A DNA stretch of 37,137 nucleotides from Callorhinchus milii (GCF_018977255.1 NW_024705524.1:1-37137); one strand, 5' to 3'; shown: positions 10,300 to 23,045, counted from the first letter of the stretch. The notes: generated by a model from the sequence alone, not told the origin. Translations and numbers: made by a program.

Positions 10300-11343
10300 C
10301 TGGAACACAAGACATCCACCATTGAGCACACGCACGCGCTAATCCATCATTTATTCATCACCATGCAGTGGATGCCATAACATCACTATGTACATGGGAC
10401 GTTTTATCAATCACGGTTGCTGACCTCAGGCCCAAAGGCCCAAAATGCCAAATGGCCAGCAACAAATACCTCCGATTAGCACGGTTGGCTACGTATGGTA
10501 CGAAAGAAGTTCAACATACGTACAAATAGTAGAAAAGCAAGAACCGATTTCCTGAAAAATATCAAAAGAACACATTTTTGGGGCTTATTTTGAAGCCCCA
10601 ACATTTTGCACTTCTTCGTATGGTTGATATTGATGCAGAGCAACAACTATAATTTAACACTGAGGTGGTTGAGCCAGATTATTCTATTACAGCTCATTAA
10701 TTAGCAATAATTACCTGCAATAGAACGAGTAAATGTGCATGGAAGTTAGGTGTTAGTACAATGAAGAGGAAATTCCCATTATGGAAATGACTCGGTCTAT
10801 TCATTTAACAATGTTCCCTAAATTGACCCAGTTGTTTAAATCAAATTTACCCCGGTTAAGAAATTAAGACACTTTTTGGAATTTGTCAAACAATGTATTT
10901 TGCTCAGTTTCATTCCAATCGTGCTATTGGCTCCATGTCATGAGATGAAGTATCCCTGTGCAACTCTCACACAGCAGTGAACCACCTCATGTAAGAGAAC
11001 AGCTTGTGGAAGGAGATATCATTGCACTACTCATGACATCCCTTCGTGACCGTTTTTTATACACTCGGAGGTTTTGCAATTTCCTACATGCCACGCAACA
11101 ACAGAAGTGTTTGCTGGAAGAAGTGTTTGGTAACTGGATAAGACCATCAATGAGAAGCCAGTTTAATCATGGCTCAGTGACTGAAACCCAGAGTTTAACC
11201 CAACATCCGAGCAGCACCACATCAGATCTCTAGACTCCTCAGCACTGGATACAAATATGGTCAGCACATGCGTACATTACTTCATTTGTGAAATTATGAA
11301 TTACATCCAAATGAAATGTAGTGTGTGCATTACTCGGACGTAC

Positions 11344-12165
11344 CCAAAGGTGCCAGGTTGGGTTCATCCACCTTGGGGATGCTCTGCTCCACGCAGCCTC
11401 CTGCTTCCGTGCAGTCCATCCTCTTGATGTCCGAATTCTGGCTGTTGCTACTGCTGCAATTGGTTACGCTGGTGGTGGTCTTTCTTCTTTTAATGGACTT
11501 ACGTCCCCTTCGCTTTTCCTTCTTCTGCTGCAAGGCCATCAACACTTTCATGCTCGTAATAGGATCGAGAGCAGCGTATGGTTTATTCTCACTGACTGAT
11601 GAAGCAGTTTGTTGACGTGGAACTAGGCCAAAGCATTCAAGAAAATTGGATTTCATGTCATTTATCTTAACGCCACTATCTTTTGTCGAAGCGTAATCAT
11701 GTTCAGGCTTCGGTCTGTACAAAAACTGTGCGTGAAGACTTTCATGAGTTTTCAAGATTTCAATCGGACATAAAAATCCGCAGACTGAGCACATCTCATA
11801 GGGCGACGGTGGCTTCAACACCGCATTGGCAAAACTGCCGTTATTCACCAAGCCTGGTGCACCCTTTATCAAATAATCCTTTTCGTGGGTCTTCATGTGC
11901 CTTTTTAATTTTCCTGGCTGATCAAATTTTGTCCGCATGTGCCGCACCACTGCTCATGGGTCTCCTTGTGCGTTTTGAGGTGGGAATCTAGGCACCATGC
12001 CAGTTGGAATTTTTTCCCACAAACGTCACAAGAGATTAGTTTTTTCCCTCTTGTAACTCGATCGCATTGAGGTGGGGTTAAGATGGGTGCTGGTGAAGCG
12101 CCATCGATGGTCAAGGCGATTCTCCCAGCACCACTATGACTCGCAGCGGAGTTGTTCTCGCACAT
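11344..12165 (-). CDS. Large exon of C2H2 zinc-finger gene, copy 1 (1-bp frameshift near 11931)
   Basis: Acceptor TTTTGTTTCAG|ATG; fingers CDVC..HLKTH, CGTC..HMKTH, CSVC..HESLH; donor G|GTACGT at 11343. Confidence 0.75.
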
Positions 12166-13504
12166 CTGAAACAAAAGACAAAGGTCACCCGTGTCATGTG
12201 TGTACTCACAAAGGCATACTTAAGGTGACATAAGATTCATATATACTAGAACGCATTATACCAAAACTCCACATATTGCATTCCTATCATGTACGATTTT
12301 ATTCCTCTCATCCACCCAAATAAGATTTTGTTTAACAACAATGACTAACTACCTCCATTTTCCTAATGTTACCCACCAAATAGGCCTTTCTGTATAAACA
12401 CACCAACAATATAATGGTGGCACCACACGTTCAGTCCACTATTCACAACACTCTGACTCGCAATCTCCAAAGATTGTAATATCAATTCTGTACGAGGGCC
12501 CGTCAAAAAGTTTTGAGAATGGACACTTTTTTACAAACAACTACGTAAAATAGTCTTCAATAAAAGTACAGTATAGTACTATTAATGGCACTAATAAGTC
12601 AACGTCATTTTCTCTCATGCTAATTATTACAATGTTAACTAGTTACCCAGGAAAGCCTCATTGAGTCTAAGTACTGCATTTTCAGAAAGGTCCATTGCAT
12701 TGAGATGTTTGTGTGAGTGGAACCCAGAAAGACCCCACTTGCATATGGGGAAATAACACAACTCAGCACAGATAGATGCAACCCACAAACTCAAAGCATT
12801 CCCTGTTCAACAAGCATTCAAATCAAGTCGTTTTCTTTTTACCACAGTACTTTATGGAATCCTCAAGAATAAATGTATTTCTAGAAGTATTAAACTATAC
12901 TTGAAGATGTGTGAGATTGTAATTCTGCAGATGCAAGCACAGGCCAACTCGTGCCTGCATATAGTTTCTGGGCCTCCTCACTTCACCAAACCCGCATTGA
13001 CCGGCATGGTGAAGTATGGTTAAACAACTCCCACGAACGACATGGTGTGGGGGAGGCCTCTATCAAAACGCCGGATCGACAAAGGGCTGATACATGTCAC
13101 GACATTGTTCGTTAAGACCGTTCTCTAGTCAGCACAAGCCGTCTATGTAGAGTTGTAGACAATAGAGGGCACGACACACGTGTACACGATGTGTGTGTGC
13201 GTATATTCAGCGTGTGTATCACGTAATAATTATATAAGGTCGCGATTATGCTCAAAACGAACTAAATGTATAACATCACGAATAACTTTGGAGGTCTGCG
13301 GAGCCTGAACAATATTTAAAGTAGACACTGACCCTTGCCACGAGTTCTTATGAACTATAACTAAACTATAAACTATTTCTATTTTACCAGGTCAGGCCCA
13401 CAGAGCTTTATAGCTCTTATCAGAAGCGACCTGGCCACAAACGACAGCTCAACTTAGTGGCTTATCATGTGGACATTTATAGCAGCCAAGTACAGTACTC
13501 TTCT
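11572..13504 (+). repeat. Segmental duplication, near-identical to 34732-36666
   Basis: Co-linear match read directly, with scattered substitutions and small indels. Confidence 0.95.
12491..12530 (+). mobile_element. Mariner-like terminal fragment (copy at ~35658)
   Basis: TA-CGAGGGCCCGTCAAAAAGT resembles a mariner TIR; no partner end found. Confidence 0.35.
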
Positions 13505-13882
13505 TATCTGACAGGCACTATTTTACTTTACTTTACCGAGTGTTAACATCCCCAGTGTTTAACAGTAATCTCTTCATTGTTCAGCCAGCATTGGTATAAA
13601 CATGGGCATTTTCGTTCTTTTCTATCATGTGTATCAGGCCTCCCCCTCCCCCTCTCTGTCCAATGCGTTGGCGTTGTGCAACAGTTAGTCGCTTGCGCAC
13701 AATCGCTTCCACGCCGTCGCCCACCCTTTTGGCCCCGCCCCCTCCCTCCCGATACGTTCCATTCATTGGCTACCACATTCTGATGAGCTCCCCCTCCCTC
13801 TCCTCCCCCTCAACTCGCTTTTAAGGGATTACATCTTGAATCAGTGCCTCACTTGATGCAGCTAATCTGGCTGTGACGGTCC

Positions 13883-13923
13883 CACCTGATGACGGAGACT
13901 TGTGTTGCCTCCGAAACGTCGTG
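13883..13923 (+). ncRNA. Minimal hammerhead ribozyme, variant subfamily
   Basis: CAC-CTGATGA-C-GGAGAC-TTGTGTT-GCCTCC-GAAACGTC-GTG, followed by an AT-rich tract and CTACGTGACTTTACCGAAA to 13990. Confidence 0.75.
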
Positions 13924-14011
13924 ATCTTTATTTTATTTTTTATTAATTTTGATGTTTTAACTACGTGACTTTACCGAAAAAACCTAAGAACACAATCGGA
14001 ATCTTTATTTA

Positions 14012-14400
14012 CAGACAGTCCTCAACTTACGAACGCTCAAATTACAAAGTCGCACTTCGGAACCAACTGACATGAAATATTAATTATTTTATATCGCCTG
14101 ACAACGCGAACTCGCGCTTGTGAGTGCGTGAGTGAGAGTGAGACAGTGAGAGAGTGAGAGGTCGACTCAGCCTCAGATGAGTACCTGGTGCGGTGTAGAG
14201 TGAACATCGCCACTGGGGGAGACAAAGGCGACCGTGGAGGAGAATCATCCACGTGCTCATCGACACACTCACCACGCATCTCACCAACCTCAGTCACCAA
14301 CCCAATCACACCTCACCAACCGCGTTCACCTCTCAAATCCCACCTGGCAGCATCTGCACGCCACGTTGGTGGCCAGCAGATGGCAGCATCTCCACGCCAT
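14012..14400. mobile_element. Tigger/pogo-like MITE left part (continues 17368-17466; copy 24023-24841)
   Basis: TA-CAGACAGTCCTC(A/G)ACTTACGAACG end; internal CACCAACCCAATCACACCT has an inverted partner at ~17448-17466. Confidence 0.45.
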
Positions 14401-14411
14401 ATTCTTTACGT

Positions 14412-17037
14412 CAGGGGTGTCCAAACTTTTTGCAAAGAGGGCCAAATTTGATAAAGTAAAGATGCCCGGGGGCCAATAGTTCCTTCCGACATTTTTTAAC
14501 ACAAAAGTTACGTGAAAATACACACTGTTATAAAACAATTTTCATTGTCACAATTACCTTTATTTTTCAAATGACAATGTAACCAAATATAAGTCATTCA
14601 GGCAGACGTGAACAACTCTAAAAACACAATTCTGCCTTTCATTCAGTCAGAAAACATTGAATAAACTGTATAGAATACCTTAAATTTCCATGAGTTTAAT
14701 ATCTTTACCTCATGAACATTTTAAACAGGAGTTATAAGTAATGCAAAGTGGTCTGTTATCATTAAACTTTTAAATGAGTGAATTTTGCCCTTGCCTTTTA
14801 CAAGATCTTTCAGAAAGCAATAGTTTGTGTCACATCTACAGGTACATAACATCAACAGTTACAGTATAACCAAATCTTATTCAAGAGTTTAATAAAACAA
14901 GTGCCATAAGTCCAAGTGCATTAGTGTGCTTTAGGCTTTTCAGTGTTAATAGTGACATATGTTACCGTTCAAAACACTCAATTTCAGATTGATCAAGGAA
15001 CAGATAACTTGCTGATACTAATGAGAAGGGTAATACTGAGATATAGATTTCAGTAAAGAGACCAGGTCTGGCTTGAGGGCAGTGGTTGAGATGCGTAAAA
15101 TGCCACGCAAGTGGGAGTCACTCATCCTTGACCTCAATCGGTTCTTATTTAAGGTCATGACTGAGAATGTTTGCTCAACAAATATGTGGAGCCGAATAAG
15201 CTCAGCATTTTCTTAGCAAATGACCGCATTTCTGGAAACCTGCTTTTGTCCAGCTGCTGGTAAAAGTGAACAAGAGAACACTGCTGGTGTTTTCCGCGGC
15301 ACTCATCGTCACACTGCAGCTCAATGAGCTCCAGCTGCAGCTGTGGAGGAGCATCATCAGGGTCCACGGAGAAGGGAGAAGAGAAAAGCAACATGTCTTT
15401 TCAATAACTGCAAAGTCCCAAAAGCGTTTGTTAAATTCCACAGAAAGAGATGCAATAGCTGTTGCATAACTCTTCATTTGCGCACCGATGTTGTCCTGTG
15501 GGAAACTGTCAATGACCTCTTTCAAAGCTGGGAAGTGCGCAGTGCAGGGCTCTGTTTGGGACAAGTGTCTTTGGAAAAGTTGCAGTTTGGTTCCAAAGGC
15601 CTTGATGTGAGCATATAGCTGGCTCACCACTGCATCTTTTCCTTGAAGATTAACATTCAGCGCATTCAGATGCTTCGTTATGTCAACCAAAAAAGCCAGA
15701 TTTGCCAACAATACAGGATCGGACAGTTCTTCCATTGGCTGTCCCTTCTCACCCAAAACATGTTCAATTTCCTCTTTGAGAGAGAAAAATCGCTGCAGTG
15801 CGGACCCCCGACTTCGCCACCTCACATCGTTGTGATATATTACGTCACCGTATTCAGCCTGGTATCACGCAAGAACTGCTGAAACTGTCAGTGGTATAGA
15901 GCTTTAGAGCGAATATAATTGATTGCCTTTGCCACTGGTTTCATAACATCGTCAAATTTGAGATGTTTGGCGCAGAGAGCCTGCTGGTGAATGATACAGT
16001 GAAGTTTAAAAGCGTTGCCTGCTTCTTCGCTGACTTTATTGCAGATCAGTGTGGACAATCCACTTCGCTCACCAGCCATGGCAGGTGCACCATCGGTAAT
16101 GATCCCAGAAACTTTACTCCATGGTAGTTTCATATCAACAGCTTCACAAACAGAAACGAAAAAATCTGTTCCTCTGGTTTGCCCATTAAAGCTTTTGAGG
16201 TCAAGCAGCTCCTCTGTCACGTTCATGTTGTCATCAGCTCCTCTTAAAAACATAAGTAGTTGTGCAGTGTCAGATGCATCGGTGCTTTCATCGCAGGCTG
16301 ATGAGAAATAATCAAAAGCCACTCCCCTGTCCCCCAGTTGTCTCGGAATATCTGACAATATGTCCTCAACTCTCCGTGCCACAGTGTTGCGTGCCAGGCA
16401 AACATTCATACATTCTTGCTTCTTCTCGGGGCAAATGTTCTCCACCATTTTCATGACACAGTCTTTGATAAATGCACCTTCAGTAAAAGGTTTGCCATGT
16501 TGAGCTATTAACATGGCCACTTCGTAGCTGGCTTTGGTGATGTTTTCCTTTGACTCACAGGCCCGCGTGAAGAATCACTGTTGCGATGCCAGAGCAGCAC
16601 GGAGTTGCTTCACTTTTTCAGCGCGGTCACTCCCTGTTAGCTTGTCGTATGTTGTAGCATGTTTAGTTTTGTAGTGTCTCTTTATGTTGAAATCCTTAAA
16701 CAAGGCATCCGTCTCTTTACAAATTAGACAAACACAATTGCCTCGATTTCCAGTGAAGAAGTATTATAATTCCCACCGCTCCTGAAAGCGGCGGCCCTCA
16801 CTGTCAACTTTTCTCTTTTTTTTTGCAGTCGCCATGGCAGAAATAATTCGAGAAGGGTTCGCGGCACGTATGCAAAGCCAGAGGGCATTAGAATGGTGCT
16901 GCCACCGTGTGGCGGAAGGAGGAAGTTTTATGATTTATTTATTCTGACAGAGATAGCGAGCCATAAATAACACGTAATAAGACCGAAGCTGCGGGCCGTA
17001 TGAAATCTGACCGCGGGCCGGAATTTGGACATGCCTG
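14412..17037 (-). mobile_element. Full-length hAT (Charlie/SPIN-like) transposon, family 2
   Basis: TIRs CAGGGGTGTCCAAA / TTTGGACATGCCTG; 8-bp TSD CTTTACGT (14404-14411, 17038-17045); empty paralogous site CTTCACGT at 24415-24422. Confidence 0.95.
15018..16835 (-). pseudogene. hAT transposase pseudogene with BED finger
   Basis: MATAKKKRKVDSEGRRFQERWEL*YFF...CLIC...KRHYKTKH, DESTD, ITDGA, HCIIHQ, VRW, FGSTYL; internal stops and frameshifts. Confidence 0.92.
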
Positions 17038-17045
17038 CTTTACGT

Positions 17046-17366
17046 CGATAGAAAATAAAAATAATAAAATAAAATTTACAATACGAATAATGAATTGAAA
17101 ATAATAAAAGTTTTTATTATTTAAAATTCATTATTTTAAAATAAAAAAATATTTCATTACTTTTATTTTATTTTCATTTTCTAACTACGTGACTTTCCTG
17201 AAAGAACCAAGAATATGAATGTGGGTTTTTTGTTTTTATTATTTTAAATTTCATATTTTTTTTGTATTTCAATTTTATTTGATTATTTTTATTTTCTGTC
17301 GACGTTACTTTACCGAAAGAACCAAGAATATGAATTCCTGAAGTCACGAAAGTTTAAGTCAAAATC
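17046..17366 (+). mobile_element. Rearranged tandem/inverted Penelope-type ends (copy ~24411-24741)
   Basis: Two direct copies of ACTTT..GAAAGAACCAAGAATATGAAT, the final one with tail CCTGAAGTCACGAAAG, plus an inverted AT-rich arm. Confidence 0.7.
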
Positions 17367-17466
17367 GACACGCCCCATTGGTGGCCGGCAGGTGGCAGCA
17401 TCTACACCCCCACATTGGTCGCCACTCTTGTGGCGTGTCGATGGTGCCAGGTGTGATTGGGTGGTG

Positions 17467-20400
17467 CAGGGGTGGGCAAACTTTTTCACTCGGGGCCACA
17501 ATGGGTTCTAAAATTTGACAGAGGGGCCGGGCCAGAAACAGATGGATGGAGTGTTTGTGTGAACTAATATAAATGACATGTAAAAATTATTACATGAAAG
17601 GATTTGGCCTTTAACAGGTAGCAAAGCATTTATTTGCAAGGCAATTTAACAAATTGCACGAACATGAACAATACAAAAACATGTCGTAACGTGACTGATC
17701 AAACATCATGAAAACAACTGAGGCCTGCGCCCAAACCAATTACCTCACTTGAACTTTTTTATCATCTACATTAACAGGTTAGAGCAGCCACGCAGGCTGT
17801 GTGATGGAGATTTGGCTCCAACCTCGCTGCAGCAACACAATCACTTTCAGTTTCAGTGGGAACAGTGTTGTTGATCTCCCATTTTTGCCAGTGCATCCAA
17901 GTCTGGAGTTATTTTGGTTGTGGCAATTCTCAGGATAGATCTGAGGTGCTGATCCGTTAACTTTGATCTGTGACGGGCTTTGTTGGCGTTCATGACGCTG
18001 AATGTCTGCTCACACACATAAGTCGAGCCAAACAAAGTCAGTATCTTCTGTGCAGTCCTCCGGAGGTTTGGAAACGTGGCTCTGTTAAGTGAAGCATAAA
18101 AGTCATTCAGTTTAACAGAGTTGAACTTTTACACTATGAGATCTCTTTTACCAGTGTCAAAATATAGTAGTAGGTTTTTAACCTTTTAAACTGGTACAAA
18201 ACTGACACCTTTATTCAAGGCATCATGTTTGCAATGACCACAACACAAGTAGTCAAAAAAGCAAACAAGGTGTCAGTTTTGTACCAGTTTAAAAGGGTAA
18301 AAACCTACTACTATATTTTGGCACTGGTTAAAGAGATCTCATAGTGTAAATGCTTAACCCGAGCTCTCAATACTCTGATATTGCACTGTGTTTGAGTTGT
18401 ACGCCTTCTGGTGTCATCTGGTCCAACACCAATGGGGACTAGGCTCTAAAGAAAGGCGTCTCGGGTGTGGAACAATCAACTTCAAGGACAGTGCATATTA
18501 TGATCATTATCAGAGTTGCTTCTTTTTGTTAGCTTTTTTGACTACTTGTGTTGTGGTCATTGCAAACATGATGCCTTGAATAAAGGTGTCAGTTTTGTAC
18601 CAGTTTAAAAGGGTAAAAACCTACTACTAGAGTTGAAGTTCTCCTTTAGGACGGACTCAGACTGAAGATCTATCAGTTCCAACTGTAGCTCCTGTGGTGC
18701 TGTTTCAGGGTCTTGTGACAGGGGGCAGGACACCAGCTGAAGTGACTGTTCAATGTTTTCGAAATCAGAGAACCTATGGCAGAATCCTCCGTGCAGGTCC
18801 TCAAGTGATTTGCTGTATTTTTTGCGTTTCGCGGTGCCTCTTCCTGCATGGCAAGTGTGGGGAAATGAGCGAAAGATTTGTTCGCAATTTGTCCGGAGAA
18901 CAAAGTGAGCTTGGATTTGAAGGCTTTCACATGTTTGCACATGTCGTGAACAAACTGATCTTTCCCCTGCAGTTTCACATTCAGCTCATTCATGTGTGAA
19001 AATATGTCCACAGCAAACGCAAAGTCACTAAGCCAGTTCTTGTCGCTTAGCTCAGGGAATTCGTCAGATTTCCCCATCAACTCCAAAAATGCGATGATAT
19101 CTTCTTTCAGCTCCCACACTCGTTGTAACACTTTCCCCAAACTTAACCAGCGGACACGAGAGTGGTACAGCAAGTCCTGATGATCCGCATCAGTTTCCTC
19201 CAGGAACGTAATAAACTGACGGTGCTGAAGTCCCCTTGCTCGTATAAAGTTCACAAGTTTTACGACTGGATTCACGACATGATTAAGCTGCAATACAGAC
19301 TTACACAGGGATTCCTGATGGATGATGCAGTGAAGGAAAATAAGATCCTGGACAGGGTTTTCCTCTTTCACTTTATCCTGGATTCTTTTCAGCAGCCCAA
19401 CATTTTTTCCAGTTAAATTTGGGAGATCCATCCATTGTGACATTGACAAGTTTACTCAAAGGTAGCGTCATTCTTTCGATGACAGCAGATACCTGGTTAT
19501 ACAAGTCCTCTCCCCGCGTTGTTCCTTTCAGGGACTCCATGGTCAAAAACTCCTCTGTTATCGCAAAACTGTCGTCAATGCCTCGGATAAAAATGAGGAG
19601 CTGAGCAGTGTCTTTTACGTCCGTACTTTCATCCAGTGCTAGTGAATATAATTCAAAGGAATCAGACTTTTTGTTTAATTGACTGGCTATATTTTTATCA
19701 ATCAGTTCCACACGGCGAGTCACAGTCCTGCGTGATAAACTGACTTTTTCAAATTTGCTTTTGATCTCCGGACACAAGATGTCTGCTGTCTGTACCATGT
19801 ATTCTTTTACAAACTTGCCTTCGGAGAAAGTGGTAATGAGTGGTAATGTTGGTGAGAAGAAGTTTTTAAAGAAAATTTAAATCGAAGTGAAGAAGGAAAT
19901 TATTGAAAAGTTTGTATAATTAATGATTTTTCAAACTTTAATTATGTTTTCTGTGCTTAAAACTCTTTAAAAAAAACTGTGGGGTCTAGAACGGACTCGT
20001 GAAATTCGGAGAGAACTCGGAGTTAAGTTTTGTTTTTTGTTGAATTACACAAAGCGTAACAGTTATGTATATAACTTTTGTTATATAAAATTCCTAGTAA
20101 GATATTAATTTTGTGATGTAGTCATACCCCTCCCCCTCATTCAAGCCGTAATTTAGAGAGCGAAAGCACCGAGTACGTAAATCGCTAACATAAGAACCCG
20201 TTAATCTCTTCTCGCATCATTCATACGATGATGCGGTGAAGTAAACGTTCATACGATATTACAGTGAATGCTTCCAAAAACAATACTGTACCCAAATATT
20301 ACTGTTAACTTACTTTCAATAGAAACATGAATTGCTCATACGAATATTCTCTCTCTCTCCCGGTCAAAGTCCGCCATCTATTGGGGAAATGGGGGCATTA

Positions 20401-20511
20401 CAGGAGGAAGGTAAAATTTAATTTAATAATAATATTTGGACAAGTTCGGCGGGCCGGATTAAAAAGCCCAACGGGCCGTATACGCCCAGGGCCGTACTTT
20501 GCCCATGTCTG
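17467..20511 (-). mobile_element. hAT family 1, copy B (both ends present); transposase remnant 17853-19830
   Basis: Ends CAGGGGTGGGCAAACT / ACTTTGCCCATGTCTG; SLALDESTD, HCIIHQ, RVRWLS, FGSTYVCE motifs; flanking 8-mers do not match. Confidence 0.92.
18129..18628 (-). mobile_element. 500-bp fold-back insertion (copy 25505-26004)
   Basis: TSD AGAGTTGAACTT / AGAGTTGAAGTT (18117-18128, 18629-18640); empty site at 3697-3708; nested inverted repeats. Confidence 0.85.
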
Positions 20512-21769
20512 GCCTAGGTACACAGCCTAGGTACACAGCCTAGATACACTACTCTGGCTACGCTCTGGGGTCCTTCGGCTACAATTACCCTAGGGGAGGC
20601 TACCTGACCCGACCCAGCCAAGGTGCGGGTCTGGACTCTGGCTTCCTCGGAACTCGCCCTTACAAGGACGTAGAGCCGGGAGTCCCAGAGTCCCACCACT
20701 GGCCCTCACAGCGTCCCGGCCCTTACAAGGACAAGCGGGACGAGGGGGTCCAGGGTCCTAAGCTGGCTGGCTGGCGGGTCTTGGGTCTTGAGCTGCGACT
20801 GGCCCCGATCGGCCAGGGAGCTGCCCTTTTATGCCTCGTCCCCAACGAGGGGTGGGGTTGTGTGCGCCCCCAGATATCCCACAGAGCACACACAGCCCCC
20901 CGTTGGTGGCGCCAAGGGGCTTAACTGTCTGGGGTGCCTGGGATCCTAGCGCCTGGCGCCGAGGGCTTATCTGTCTAGGGTCCCAGAGCCCCCAGCAGCC
21001 CCTCCCCTCTTATGGCACTACACAGGTAGAGTGCAAAAGCAAAGTGGATGTACTGATTGTATCTTCATTGCGGGACTCATCCAGCAGTGGAGTGACATGG
21101 GCTTCAGGTATCCACGTGCAGACGGGCAACAAACACTGGGGCCACCTAGCGATAAATGTTTGCCGGTGCACATTGGGACCGGCTCACACGTCACTGGCCC
21201 CAGGCAGCCACTGGCGTGCAACGCAGCGAAGGGAATCTCCCACCAATGAGAACCACGCACAACCCAGGGTGCAGTCCTATAACTTGGACTCGCAAACACA
21301 ACAAAACCCGTAGCTGTCAACCCACACGGTTTACCCGTATTCTGTTGGGCGAAAGTGAGTTTTCAGGTCCATACGGGCACAGCCGTTTGAAAACGGGCAA
21401 CATTTGTGTTAAGTCTATTTGTGTGTGCTTCTCCCTTGTGATGGGACTTTGTAGGATGAACGTTGAGATTTATAAGGGGCACGGGGTGACCAACAAGGTC
21501 TGAATTGGTCTGTAATAAGAGGCAATGATAAGGGGTTGACAGCCATGCAAACCCCACACAATACAAAACGCCAAGCGGCCAGCAACAACAAAAAATAATA
21601 CATAACTGTCCAATGAGTAATTAGATAATTAAGATCATAGAAACACGTTCCTTAAATTGATCAAGTTTATTGTTGCAAGAGTTTGGGGAAATAGGAAGAC
21701 CGGGTGGGGATTCCAGAGTAGAGCAGTGCAAACTGATAAAGCTGAAAAGAGTGAGGTGACCTGCATGGT

Positions 21770-22935
21770 GGTGAGCGGGTGGGTGAGTAAATGGGTGAGT
21801 GTTTGAGTAAACGAGTGGATGAGTGTGTGATAGGGTGATTGAGTCAGTGACCGGATGCGTGGGTGACTGGATGAGTGGGTTACTGGATGAGTGGGTGAGT
21901 GGGTGAGTGGATGCGTGGGTGATTGAATGGGTGACTGGATGAGTGGGTGACTGGATGAGTGGGTGATTGAGTGAGTGGGTGACTGAATGAGTGTGTGATT
22001 GAATTAGTGACGAGTTGAGTGGGTGATAGGGTGATTGAGATGAGTGCGTGACTGGATGAGTGTGTGATAGGGTGGTTGAGTCAGTGACCGCACGCGTGGG
22101 TGACTGGATGAGTGGGTTACTGGATGAGTGGGTGAGTGGATGAGTGGGTGAGTGGGTGAGTTGATGAGTGGGTGAGAGGGTGAGTGGATGCGTGGGTGAC
22201 TGGATGAGTGGGTGACTGGATAAGTGGGTGACTGGATGAGTGGGTGATAGGGTAATTGCGTGGGTGACTGGATGAGTGTGTGAAAGGGTGATTGAGTGAG
22301 TGACTAGATGATTTAGTGACTGGATGAGCTAGTGACTGGATGAGTGGGTGATTGAGTGAGTGGGTGAGTGGATGAGTGGGTGAGTGGATGCGTGGGTGAT
22401 TGAATGGGTGACTAGATGAGTGGGTGACTGGATGAGTGGTGAGTGGATGAGTGGGTGAGTGTGAGTGGGTGATGGGTGAGTGGATGAGTGGGTGAGTGGA
22501 TGAGTGGGTGAGTGGATGAGTGGGTGGGTGAGTGAGTGGATGCGTGGGTGATTGAATGGGTGACTGGATGAGTGGGTGACTGGATGAGTGGGTGACTGGA
22601 TGAGTGGGTGATAGGTAATTGTGTGGGTGAGTGGGTGACTGGATGAGTGGGTGACTGGATGAGTGGGTGACTGGATGAATTGGTGACTGGATGAGTGGGT
22701 GATTGAGTGAGTGGGTGACTGAATGAGTGTGTGATTAAATTAGTGACGAGTTGAGTGGGTGATAGGGTGATTGAGATGCGTGGGTGACTGGATGAGTGGG
22801 TTACTGGATGAGTGGGTGAGTGGATGAGTGGGTGACTGGATGAGTGGGTGACTGGATGAGTGGGTGACTGGATGAGTGGGTGACTGGATGAGTGGGTGAT
22901 TGAGTGAGTGGGTGACTGAATGAGTGTGTGATTGA
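21770..22935. repeat. G-rich satellite, second long array
   Basis: Same unit as 6830-7712, but longer. Confidence 0.95.
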
Positions 22936-22939
22936 GTTG

Positions 22940-23045
22940 CTTTATTTTATTTTCATTAATTTTAATGTTTTACCTACGTGACTTTACCGAAAAAACCTAA
23001 GAATATGATTCCTTGCAGTCACGAAAGCTTCGAATCTAGAATTAA
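22940..23045 (+). mobile_element. 5'-truncated Penelope-type end
   Basis: 13-bp TSD TGTGATTGAGTTG (22927-22939, 23046-23058); absent at the paralogous site ~7710. Confidence 0.85.

Noticed and set aside
15018..16835. Domesticated GTF2IRD2/ZBED host gene
   Set aside because: Stops, frameshifts, TIRs and a TSD identify it as a dead transposon.
20512..20548. GCCTAGGTACACA repeats as the hAT TSD
   Set aside because: A 13-bp tandem repeat on one side only; not present at the left end.
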